From positions 601,631 through 633,630 of the forward strand of contig JASBSB010000007.1 of assembly GCA_030149205.1 (NCBI GenBank): 32,000 nucleotides of DNA, read 5' to 3'. The notes under the pieces are model-generated. The model had not been told where the DNA came from and did not search any database. It was given only the letters and a program-made list of their open reading frames with translations. This document shows positions 19,016 to 29,000 of the stretch, piece by piece. The DNA comes from Candidatus Heimdallarchaeota archaeon. Its GTDB lineage: Archaea; Asgardarchaeota; Heimdallarchaeia; Heimdallarchaeales; Kariarchaeaceae. The position numbers were made by a program, and so were the translations under genes. Each line of letters starts with the position of its first letter. The stretch's first letter is position 1.

Positions 19016-20464
19016 TTGAGTCTTGAAGAATTCGAAAATTTCGATATTAATGCAAAGCGAAAAGAATTAATTGCAAAATATGCCCCTGGGTTGGGTTTCA
19101 GTGCTGATGAGATTGAAACACTTTATGATATAGTTTCAACTCTGAATACCATTCTCGAAAAAAACAAGGTGAGAGAAGCAGCAAGAGACTGGGATCATGT
19201 AGGTGTCCACGTAAAGGATGGCAATGTTGTACTTCCTGATAACTTTATCAAAGTTGTTGATGAGATTGTTAAGGAAAACCAACTGTACAGTTTCTTTCTT
19301 CCCCGAGATTTAGATGGTCTGGGATTCGGCAATCTGTTCCAGGGTGTAATTTCGGAAACAATCGCAAGTCATGATATAGCTCTCCAGATTATGGTTCTTA
19401 TTTCATTATCTGTTGTTGAAGCTTTGGTTCAATATTATAAGCCTAATTTTGAACAGACATTGCATGAGTTCGCTGAGGGTAAAAGATTGGGATATGTTGC
19501 GTTCACAGAACCCAATGCAGGTTCAAATTTAGAGGCAATCAAATCCACATCAGAGCTGGTTGGTGACGAATATGTTTTGAATGGAACTAAAATCTTCATC
19601 TCAAACGGAGGATATGCCAATACAGGTCTGTTTCTGGCTCAAAATATGGTAAACGGAAAGAGAGAGGGAACCAACGTTTTCTTAGTTGATAAACTGGATG
19701 GGATCACAACCTTAAGGGTCGAGGAAAAGTCAGGATTACATGTTTCACCAACATCACAAATCCAATTTGAAAATGTTACTGTTCCGAAGGAGAACATAAT
19801 TGCAGATGTTGGGAATGGCTACAGAAAAGTTCTTGAAAGATTGATGGGGATGCGAATCGGTGTGAGCTTTCAGGGAATTGCGGCTGCCAAAAGAATGTAT
19901 CAGGTATCATTAGATTATGCCCAAACCAGAGAACAGTTTGACCAACCTATAATCTCTTTCCCAATAATTAGAAAGAAACTTTCAGAAATGCAGAAAACTA
20001 TCCCAAGAATGGAAGAATATGGGTATAGAGCAGCCTTCAGCTTAGATAGGTATAATCATGGTTGGATACCCACTGATGTTGGTGCAGGTGGTAAACCTGG
20101 ACCGGAAAAACAAGCAGCGAGTATGGTTCCTGGTGCAGTTCGAGGTGGAATTGCTCATCATTACGTATCATCATCTAAATTATACACCTCAGAGATTGTG
20201 AATCAGATGGGATATGATGCTGCACAGATTTTCGGAGGAAACGGGTTCATCGCAGAATACGAGGTAAACAAGCTGGCAAGAGACGTGCGTGTGTTGCCTG
20301 TTTATGAGGGAACATCCGAGATCCATGATGCAATCTTAACAAGAGCAGAAAGGGCAGTACAGATGATTCCGACATTCAAGAGATTGTACGAAACCTTCCC
20401 AGACTCAACTGTGTATGAAAGAATCTTATTTGAGAGATTTCCTGAGATGAAAAAGATCATATAA
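19016..20464 (+). CDS. Acyl-CoA dehydrogenase
   Basis: FTEPNAGS, NGTKIFISNG, YAQTREQFDQPI, QIFGGNG, catalytic Glu in VYEGTSEI. Confidence 0.93.
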   Translation: MSLEEFENFDINAKRKELIAKYAPGLGFSADEIETLYDIVSTLNTILEKNKVREAARDWDHVGVHVKDGNVVLPDNFIKVVDEIVKENQLYSFFLPRDLDGLGFGNLFQGVISETIASHDIALQIMVLISLSVVEALVQYYKPNFEQTLHEFAEGKRLGYVAFTEPNAGSNLEAIKSTSELVGDEYVLNGTKIFISNGGYANTGLFLAQNMVNGKREGTNVFLVDKLDGITTLRVEEKSGLHVSPTSQIQFENVTVPKENIIADVGNGYRKVLERLMGMRIGVSFQGIAAAKRMYQVSLDYAQTREQFDQPIISFPIIRKKLSEMQKTIPRMEEYGYRAAFSLDRYNHGWIPTDVGAGGKPGPEKQAASMVPGAVRGGIAHHYVSSSKLYTSEIVNQMGYDAAQIFGGNGFIAEYEVNKLARDVRVLPVYEGTSEIHDAILTRAERAVQMIPTFKRLYETFPDSTVYERILFERFPEMKKII

Positions 20465-20558
20465 ATAATTAAACAGTTATGATAAATTTAGCTTGTTTAT
20501 TTTCCTCTTTAACATGAATAAAGTTTAATTTAATTGAAGTTCATAAAGAATTGTTAAC

Positions 20559-21764
20559 ATGAGTGCCCTTGAAACAGCATTTTTTTTTGTTCATTGGTTG
20601 AATGTTGTGGCTGGAATCAGCCTGGCACTCACGAATCTCATCAAATTCAAACAAACCAAAATTTACTCATTGATTTTGATGGTTGGGGCACTGCTAAATT
20701 ATGCATTCATTAACCTGATCTTGATTTTTGTCAATATGAACACCTTTCTGAAATATGATCACTTTATATTCTATTATATTACGCATCCTATCTCACTTCA
20801 ACAGTTATTGGGGAACATCACCGTCATTTTGATGGCAATTGTCGTAGCTAATCTTATAGTATTTTTTAATCAGTTCAACTCAAAAAATTTTGCAGTAAAT
20901 AACTTATTGGGCTTAGTAACCATTATTGGGATACTTTCAATATTTTTTGTCTCAATTTCAGAGGATAACTACCTTATCCTCTCAATTCCCGAACTAAAGA
21001 GTGATATCTTAATCTATCTCTGGACTCCACTTTCATACTTATTTTTAGTTCCACCAATTGCTTGGTTGGCAATCGTGGTTACTAAAAATCTCAAAGCTTC
21101 ACTTACAGAGAACACCCCCAAAAAACAAAGAACCCAAATTAACCTGATGAGGTACGGGCTTTGGGCAAGTTTTATTATCGGTCCATCTTTATCTTTTCTT
21201 GGTGATTTGCTGGTCTATTTCAACTTGAATTCTCTAGGGTTTTGGGTCTCAGAGATTTTAGGATTTTTGGTTATTACTCTGGGTATAAGCACCATAACAA
21301 TTTCCTATGTGATTGATGACAGTTTACTCTTCTTGCAGGGCAGTAGAGTAGAACGGATCATGGTCATTCAAGATTCTGGTCTTACGTTATTTAATTATGA
21401 ATTTCAGCCACATCTTGGGAATTCACAGAGTCAATCTTTGATTGGAGGTCTCTTACTAACAATTCAGAATGTCTCAAAAGATGTAATTGGTGAAGAAGAC
21501 CTGTTGGAAACCATAAAGTTTGGTAAATCTGAAATTATCTTTAGAAATCTGAATAACCTATTGTTTGTTCTCCAGACAAAACGAACCTCAAACTTTCTTT
21601 ACTCTGCACTCAAGCAATTTTCAGAGGAGTTCTGTACATATTTTGAGGATGCAACCTATCAGAAAGTTGTCTCAGATAGGTTTTATAACCAAATTCTCCC
21701 TCAGTTTGAAAGAATATTTGGAATTAAATCATCAGTTAAAAACATTAGAGAGATTAATGTCTAA
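20559..21764 (+). CDS. Seven-TM membrane protein with a C-terminal longin-like domain
   Basis: Seven hydrophobic segments in aa ~4-252. The soluble tail from ~21345 reads IMVIQDSGLTLF...SLIGGLLLTIQNVSKDVI...LETIKFGKSEIIF...LLFVLQT..SNFLYSALKQFSEEF. Confidence 0.7.
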   Translation: MSALETAFFFVHWLNVVAGISLALTNLIKFKQTKIYSLILMVGALLNYAFINLILIFVNMNTFLKYDHFIFYYITHPISLQQLLGNITVILMAIVVANLIVFFNQFNSKNFAVNNLLGLVTIIGILSIFFVSISEDNYLILSIPELKSDILIYLWTPLSYLFLVPPIAWLAIVVTKNLKASLTENTPKKQRTQINLMRYGLWASFIIGPSLSFLGDLLVYFNLNSLGFWVSEILGFLVITLGISTITISYVIDDSLLFLQGSRVERIMVIQDSGLTLFNYEFQPHLGNSQSQSLIGGLLLTIQNVSKDVIGEEDLLETIKFGKSEIIFRNLNNLLFVLQTKRTSNFLYSALKQFSEEFCTYFEDATYQKVVSDRFYNQILPQFERIFGIKSSVKNIREINV

Positions 21765-21832
21765 ATAAACTACAATTCAATTCACGATTTCATCATACAG
21801 TGTTATAAACTGATTTCTTTTTTTTAGATTAA

Positions 21833-23557
21833 GTGTCGATATTTAAAAAACTCAGTCAACGAGTTATCCTGAATGACCATGAAGATTTTCTTCATAAAGC
21901 AAGGATATGGTTTCCCTTTGCTCTAGTAACAGGAATCTCTGTGGGACTCCTTATGGCACTTTTTTTTATATTCATGACACTTATTCAAAGGGTTGCCTCG
22001 TATTTACATCCTCTATTAGCTGTTACCATCGGTTCTCTATTTGTGATTCTTTTATTTATTATAAAATTTGAGGATCCAACTAAAAATGGGATTTCATATG
22101 TGATCGGGAAAAGACACACAGAAGAAACAATACCAATTAATGAGGCACCTAAAAAATTCTTAAGCTCTGGGGTTCTCATAGGGAGTGGGGTACCTGTTGG
22201 ACGAGAAGCTCCAGCACTAATAATTGGTAGTGCGATTGCAATTAGAATTGCAAGATTTTTCAAAATTCCCTCAAATCGTCTTTATCAGGCGATCACCGTT
22301 GGAAGTGCGGCATCTACCGGTGCCCTGTTTCAGGCACCTTTTGGGTCTGCTATCTTTGCAGCAGAGGTGCCTTACAAAGAGGATGCAGATGAACCAATAC
22401 TGATGGTTGCATTTCTTGCCTCGGTGGTAGCAGCAGTTACCGCTTTTCAATTCATATCTGCTTTTTCAAAGATTGTGACACCCATTGATTTTCATATTTT
22501 CACCTTACCTATCAAACCAGTCTTAGTTGTCAATTTTGAAACTGCTACTCTGTCCATACTTTTGGGTGCTATTGCTGGGCTTGTTGGTAGGCTATTCATA
22601 ATCTATTACAATTGGTTTGACAGAGAGTCTCGACGGAGGTTTAGTGGTTCCACAAGGTTACTAGTTGGTTTACTCTTGGCACTTTTATCACTTGCAACTG
22701 GGATCTTGATTTTGCAAGATATTACACCCTTTTATCACATATCCATATTCGATTTAATCAACAAACTGGTAATTGGGAGACAATATCATGTAGTTTATCT
22801 TCTCATACCATTAATATTGGTCCAAATTATAAGCACCTCTTCATTTGTGGGTTCAGGGTTCCCAGGAGGTGTCTTTGCTCCATCACTAGCGGTTGGAGGA
22901 TATACAGGGATATTATTTTCAACATTTTTAGGGGTTCATGATCCCACAACCGTATTTGCCTGGGTAATTATTTCTATGAGTGCAACACATGCTGCCACCA
23001 CAAAAACACCAATAGCCTCTGTCTTGCTAATTTTAGAAATCTCTGGATTACCAGCACTCATTATTTTTATGGTGCTTGGAAATATTTCATCCTATCTAAT
23101 TTCTGGATCAAACTCCCTCTATAAAGGTCAAATAAGATCTAGAGATGCAAAAATTCTAAAACAGTTACATGAATATGATAGGCATGAAAACCTATTGGTC
23201 AAGGAGATAATGACTCCTAGGAATATGACAGTAACTGTAAGTTCGACGGTAACCCTGTCTCAAGCGAAGGAAAAATTAGAATCTTCAGGTAAACGAGAAT
23301 TCCCTGTCCTTAGCGAATCTGGGAAGGTTTTAGGTATGTTAGACTTAGACACAGCACAAAAACATTTCACAGATAGACCACAGCTTAGAATTTCTGAACT
23401 TATGAATAAAGATTTTCCACAAATAAATGAAGCGATGAATGGTAAAGAGGCACTCTATAGTATGTTGGAATTTGATGTGGAAAGAGCTCCCGTTCTTTCA
23501 GAGGAAAATGAACTATTGGGAATCATTAGTATCAAAGATATTGTTCATCGTGGATAA
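21833..23557 (+). CDS. CLC-family chloride channel/transporter with C-terminal CBS pair
   Basis: GREAP (gating Glu), FQAPFGSAIFAAE, GGVFAP, SLY. CBS domains VKEIMTP...FPV and ISELMNK...RAPV...LLGIISIKDI. Confidence 0.92.
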   Translation: MSIFKKLSQRVILNDHEDFLHKARIWFPFALVTGISVGLLMALFFIFMTLIQRVASYLHPLLAVTIGSLFVILLFIIKFEDPTKNGISYVIGKRHTEETIPINEAPKKFLSSGVLIGSGVPVGREAPALIIGSAIAIRIARFFKIPSNRLYQAITVGSAASTGALFQAPFGSAIFAAEVPYKEDADEPILMVAFLASVVAAVTAFQFISAFSKIVTPIDFHIFTLPIKPVLVVNFETATLSILLGAIAGLVGRLFIIYYNWFDRESRRRFSGSTRLLVGLLLALLSLATGILILQDITPFYHISIFDLINKLVIGRQYHVVYLLIPLILVQIISTSSFVGSGFPGGVFAPSLAVGGYTGILFSTFLGVHDPTTVFAWVIISMSATHAATTKTPIASVLLILEISGLPALIIFMVLGNISSYLISGSNSLYKGQIRSRDAKILKQLHEYDRHENLLVKEIMTPRNMTVTVSSTVTLSQAKEKLESSGKREFPVLSESGKVLGMLDLDTAQKHFTDRPQLRISELMNKDFPQINEAMNGKEALYSMLEFDVERAPVLSEENELLGIISIKDIVHRG

Positions 23558-23611
23558 CCAGTCCATTAGAACAAGAAAACCCTTTATTGTCATCAAAGAA
23601 ATAAACTGTGT

Positions 23612-24139
23612 ATGGATAAAATATTTGTACAAACATTAAAAACCCCTTTTGCAACATTTTTAGTAGGAATCTTAAATGATTCTTGCTGTATTTTTGAATA
23701 TAAAGAAAGGAGAGGTCTAGAAAATTTTCTAATGAAGCTAGAGGAAAATCATTCTGCATTAATTGTAAATGAGGAACATAATTTACATAAGGATATTCAA
23801 AAAGAATTTAAGATGTATCTTGATGGGACTCTCAAAACTTTTAGCATTCCATTAATATTTACTGGAACAGACTTTCAAAGGTTGGTCTGGAATGAAGTAT
23901 TAAAAATTGAATTTGGGAAAACATCAACTTATAAGGATCTTGCTAAGAAACTCAATTCAAGTCCCCGTGCAATTGGAAGTGCAAATGGTGCAAATCATCT
24001 AGCGATTCTTGTACCTTGTCATCGTGTTGTCTCAGCGACTGGTGGATTAGTTGGCTATGGTGGGGGATTGAATCGTAAAAAGAAGTTGTTGGAATTTGAA
24101 AAAAAATATTCCCAACCGAGACTTTCACAATGGGTTTGA
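23612..24139 (+). CDS. ogt: Methylated-DNA--protein-cysteine methyltransferase
   Basis: GTDFQRLVW, TYKDLA, PRAIG.ANGAN, active-site VPCHRV, GYGGGLNRKKKLL. Confidence 0.95.
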   Translation: MDKIFVQTLKTPFATFLVGILNDSCCIFEYKERRGLENFLMKLEENHSALIVNEEHNLHKDIQKEFKMYLDGTLKTFSIPLIFTGTDFQRLVWNEVLKIEFGKTSTYKDLAKKLNSSPRAIGSANGANHLAILVPCHRVVSATGGLVGYGGGLNRKKKLLEFEKKYSQPRLSQWV

Positions 24140-24144
24140 TCTGC

Positions 24145-24621
24145 TTATTTGTCTGAATAAACCCTAGAAAGAAATGTTAAGAGATCTGTATTCTCTGTTT
24201 TACAGTTGTAGAGTTTGAGAACAACTGTAAGTTGACCCCTATGATACGCACTGTGGAAAGGGAACTGCAGAACAAAATTAGTTGCTTTTATTCCTGAGAA
24301 CTGTTGGAGTTCAATTTTTGTTTCTTCTGATTTGTGTGATAGGTTCTTCAGTCCTACGTCTAGCTTCTTCCAATACTGAAATAACTCCCGAAGTTCTAAG
24401 TTTTTAACATCTTTCCTGTCATCCTTGTTCAAATCTCTTTGTTCAGAAAGAATCAAGACACATCTCAACTCAGCAAGTACAATATGTTGGCATAGCTCAA
24501 AAAGAGATTTGAACCCAGGGAGCTTAGTCTTAATCATTGACTCGTCAAGCTTTTCAATCATCTCTCTGTATTTTTCGTTAGCCCAGATATTATACTCAAA
24601 TATTAGGTCTGATGTAGTCAC
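24145..24621 (-). CDS. DinB/YfiT-family metal-binding protein
   Basis: YNIWAN, SLFELCQHIVLAE, HSAYHRGQL (His triad), C-terminal TDLL.F. Confidence 0.85.
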   Translation of the reverse strand: MTTSDLIFEYNIWANEKYREMIEKLDESMIKTKLPGFKSLFELCQHIVLAELRCVLILSEQRDLNKDDRKDVKNLELRELFQYWKKLDVGLKNLSHKSEETKIELQQFSGIKATNFVLQFPFHSAYHRGQLTVVLKLYNCKTENTDLLTFLSRVYSDK

Positions 24622-24680
24622 AAATCAGACTCCTATGATTTTTTTATAAATTTTGGTCAAGATAAACTCTAAAAATTCAT

Positions 24681-25976
24681 GTGACAACTACACAAGACTT
24701 TCAAACACATAGCACAATCTCAGGTATGAGTGGTATCCGGAATCGTTATGTAGGTCTATCTGCATATGCTTTATTCTGGTTTGGTCAACTTGTGTCATTC
24801 CTTGGTTCGTCTATAGTCCAATTTGTGTTGATCTGGTGGATAACCATAACCACTCAAAGTGCATTTTACCTGGGTCTTGGTTCATTTTTAGCATTTGGAA
24901 CAATGACTGTAATTATGCCCTTTGCTGGGGTGCTGGTCGACAGATGGCCTCGAAAATTAGTTTTAGCAGGGGCTGATGGTTTACAGGCCCTTGTTACACT
25001 GGGGGTAATCTACCTGTTTTATATCAACAGAGCAACAGTTGGAGTTATCTTAATAATGATAACAATCAGAGGTATATTGGCAGGCTTTCACTCCCCCGCT
25101 TTTCAGGCGGTGATTCCCTTATTGGTTCCAGCCCAACATCTTGAAAAAATTAATTCACTTGGGTTCGTAGCTGATGCATTGACAAATATTATTGGTCCAA
25201 TCTTAGGTGCAGTTGTTATTAACATCTTCACCATTGAGAGAATGGGTGATATATTATGGATAGATATGTTAACATTCCTTGTGGCATTGCTTCCTTTGAT
25301 TTTCATAGCTATTCCGTTTCAGGGCAAAGATGAGGAAAGCACGTATTTCGAAGAACTTAAACAAGGGGTCTCTTATCTGAAGAACCATCAATTTCTCTTT
25401 AAGATTATAATTGGGTTTAGTGTAATGAATTTATTTGCAACGTCAACAGTAATTCTATTACCTCTTATCATCTCATCACCAAATTATTTCAACGGAAATG
25501 AGAACCTTCTCAGTTGGATGATAGTCATAAATCAAGTTGGTGGGATTATAGGGGCTCTGTTCATGACCTTCTATCCAATTTTTAAGAATCATATCACTGG
25601 AATTAGGGTAGGTATCATGTTAGTGTTCATAGGGGCTGGACTAATTGGGATTGGTGCATTATTTATCAATATCATAGCATTGTCACTTGGGTTAGCTATC
25701 TTGGGATTTGGTTTTCCAGTAGCACTAATTTCAGCTCAAACACTGTATCATAAGGAAATTCCAAAACAACTACATGGAAGAGTTATTTCAGCAAGTCTGT
25801 TTATTGCTCAAATTTTTGCAGCTATTGGGATGTATCTGGTCGGTATTTTAGCACAAGAATATGGGTTAGCTACAATCATACTTTCGTTTCAAGTTGCTGG
25901 GGTATCCCTTTACCTTCTAACCCAGTTATTTGTCAAGTCCAATGGGGAGCCATTAAGAGAACAAACACTTTCTTGA
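24681..25976 (+). CDS. MFS transporter (MefA/MFS_3-like exporter), paralogue 2
   Basis: FWFGQLVSFLGS, GVLVDRWPRK; clearly homologous to 14973-16265. Confidence 0.9.
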   Translation: MTTTQDFQTHSTISGMSGIRNRYVGLSAYALFWFGQLVSFLGSSIVQFVLIWWITITTQSAFYLGLGSFLAFGTMTVIMPFAGVLVDRWPRKLVLAGADGLQALVTLGVIYLFYINRATVGVILIMITIRGILAGFHSPAFQAVIPLLVPAQHLEKINSLGFVADALTNIIGPILGAVVINIFTIERMGDILWIDMLTFLVALLPLIFIAIPFQGKDEESTYFEELKQGVSYLKNHQFLFKIIIGFSVMNLFATSTVILLPLIISSPNYFNGNENLLSWMIVINQVGGIIGALFMTFYPIFKNHITGIRVGIMLVFIGAGLIGIGALFINIIALSLGLAILGFGFPVALISAQTLYHKEIPKQLHGRVISASLFIAQIFAAIGMYLVGILAQEYGLATIILSFQVAGVSLYLLTQLFVKSNGEPLREQTLS

Positions 25977-26056
25977 GTTTTGAAACATTTATATCGTTGT
26001 ATTTTCACATAATTTCAAGCAAACTATTTATTAGATAGAGGGAGAGACAAAATTTA

Positions 26057-29000
26057 GTGAAAATTAAGAATCAAGTCAAGCGGCAACAGATTCTCTTTCA
26101 GGAGTATACCGAAAATAAATTGATTGGTGTAGATGAATCAGGAAAATCACACAAATTTTCAATTGATGACCCGTGGGTAGAATTTCTAAAATATTTAGAA
26201 CCCTTTGACATATTGTTAATTGAACATGTGGGAGGTAGGGTGGATAACAGAGGTTTTATGGTAATTGAACCACACTATTTGGTCGCAGTAACAAGTGTTA
26301 TTGATTCTATTACTTGCCCAAGGAAGGTTTATGTCAAATCACTGGGTGCTGATCAATTAATGGATGCAAATATAAGGAAGAGAGTGGTTGAGGGTAATTT
26401 ACTGCATGACGTTTTTTCTAAACTCGTTGCAACAGATATGGATGTTGAATCTGCCATAGATTCAACATTAGCGCATTCAGAGCTTGATTTGCTACATTTA
26501 CAGATAGAAAAAGATGAGGCTCATGATTACCTTCAAAAAGATACTGGACCTCTAAGTGGGCTAAGTATCCGTGGAGATACTGAACTAGACTGTCAAAATT
26601 GGCATCTGGGATTACACGGGAAGTTTGATGGAATCTCAGGGAACCAAATCATTGAGTTGAAATCATCCAAGATACCTCAAACAACACCTTGGCCAAGTCA
26701 TAATATTCAAATGAACATGTACACCCAGATGATGAAAAAAAGGGGTGTTTATACAGGAAGTGTCCTATATATAAATGATGGTGAGATGGGTTTAAAACTC
26801 CCTACCGTATTTGAGCGAAACCAGAGCATTACAGCAAGAAATTACTCCTATCTTGTTCTGACAAAGCGATACACCCCTCCTGTCCTAAGAGGAGACAAAC
26901 TTAAGGAATGTAGAACCTGCTTTGTTAAAGAAGGATGTAGAAAACTCTGTGCTGGATTGGGCACTCAAAGAGACTGTCAGAACTGTTATCATGAATTTTC
27001 CTGTGATAAGAACCTTTGGAGCTACCAATCACTAAACTATTTTAGCACCTTTAATTCCTCACTCTATGCTGAAGAGATAGGAAACATACGAGAATCTTAC
27101 ACCTATTCACGTGTTGGGATAAGAGATGAAAAACATAGGAAGAAACTACTTGAAAACGGATATGCTGTTGAAACAAGAGAAAAACTTTCAGAAAAATTAA
27201 TTGATGGATATTATGTCAGTCAGTTTTCACAATATTCTACAATTCCAAGGTTTAGATCAGGAGATAGAATTAGGGCTTACAATATCGGTGATACCCACGA
27301 CTTTGTAACATTATATTACACTGCTGTAATCCTTGAAATAAACGATGAATCTATTATACTTAGATCAGAAAACTCTCTCCCCCAAAAATTGGCTTTAGTA
27401 CCGGCTAACATAAGCTCTGTCTTACGTAGATCAAGATTTGCAGTATTTCAAGCAGTTCAGCAACAACAAGATTCAATTTTGATGCAAATTATTGTTAAAT
27501 CTTACTCAGAAAAGAAATTCAAACTAGAAGATATCAAAAATACAGACACTAAGATCATTGATCCACTTAAAATGTATAACAGTGATCAAGAACAGGCAAT
27601 TCGATTCTCTCTTTCAACCCCTGATATCTTTCTGATACAAGGACCTGCAGGGACGGGAAAAACAAGTGTAATAATTGAACTTGTGAACCAAATTCTAAAG
27701 AGGGGAAAATCAGTCCTTTGTACAGCATACACAAATATGGCTGTTGACAATATTGGTCTTAAACTAATAGAGAATGATTTGGATTTTGTAAGACTAGGAT
27801 ATGAATACTCTATCTCCACTGAGCTAAGAGATCATATAATATCAAATAGAAGAGAATACTATTCAGAGGTTATTCAAAACAAAGGTGGATATGTCGTCCT
27901 CTCAACAACAAGTACAATTGCACGTGATGTGTTCCAAGATTTACGTTTTGACTATGTAATCATCGATGAAGCAGCTCAGATGACTGAACCAGACAGTATT
28001 AAACCAATTTTATTAAGTGAAAAAGCAATTTTTGTTGGTGATCATGCACAATTACAACCTATAATTTCATCTCAAGAAGCTCTTGATAAAGGGTTACAGA
28101 TCTCTCTTTTTGAAAGACTAGTGAATCAGTTTCCGAATAGATATTCACTGTTGTCCTATCAATACAGAATGAACGATGAGATTCTAAGTTTTCCCAACCA
28201 TAGATTTTATGAGGGGAAACTCAAATCTGCGTCTGTAGAAATTGGACATAAGATGCTCAACCTACCAGAAAAACTGCAGACGATAGAAAAGAACAATGCA
28301 TATCAGGTGTTTTCTGTAAGTCAAGAATCCAATGGCACTATCTCACAAATTAATCTCGCAGAAATTGCCATTGTTATTAAGATTTTGTACGACCTTATTG
28401 TTTTGAGTGAACTTGACCCAACAGAAATAGGGATAATAACTCCTTTCAGAGCGCAGGTTGCAAAACTTAGGTCATTTCTCCCAAAATCTTTGATTAAAAT
28501 AGATACCGTGGACAGATTTCAAGGATCAGAGAAACCAGTAATAATTTTCTCGACAATCACAAGTTTAGAGGTTCCCATTTTAACAGATGAAAGACGTTTA
28601 AATGTGGCTTTAACGAGAGCTCAAAAACTATTGACACCAATTGTTACTAACCCCACAATAACAGGTAAAACAAGTATCATTCAAGAATTATATGCAGATG
28701 CGAAACTGAGGGGACTGGTAACTTCAGAATTTGGTTCTGATGTTCTGGATGAGTCATTGCTTAACACACAACTCCAAGAAATTTGGGCTAGTTGCGGCTT
28801 ATCTAGGGATCCAGTTTCCAGATTTAGACTTGAACTTGAAGTCTCATCAGTAAAGATAAACTCAATTGATGTTTTCTTCGACTCGATCCAATTAATTATA
28901 GAACAACTTTCCACCCCTGAAACCTGTATGATCTGTTTTAGTGAAACGGATAATGCAGTTTCCTGTCCTGGGTGCTTGAACTATTACCATCAAGAGCACC

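Noticed and set aside
20559-21340. Microbial rhodopsin
   Set aside because: No retinal-binding Lys motif (DxxxK) is present in the seventh helix.
26300-27004. Cas4 / CRISPR adaptation gene
   Set aside because: The Cas4-like Fe-S nuclease is an integral part of the Dna2 architecture. No cas1/cas2 or repeat-spacer array is visible in the window.
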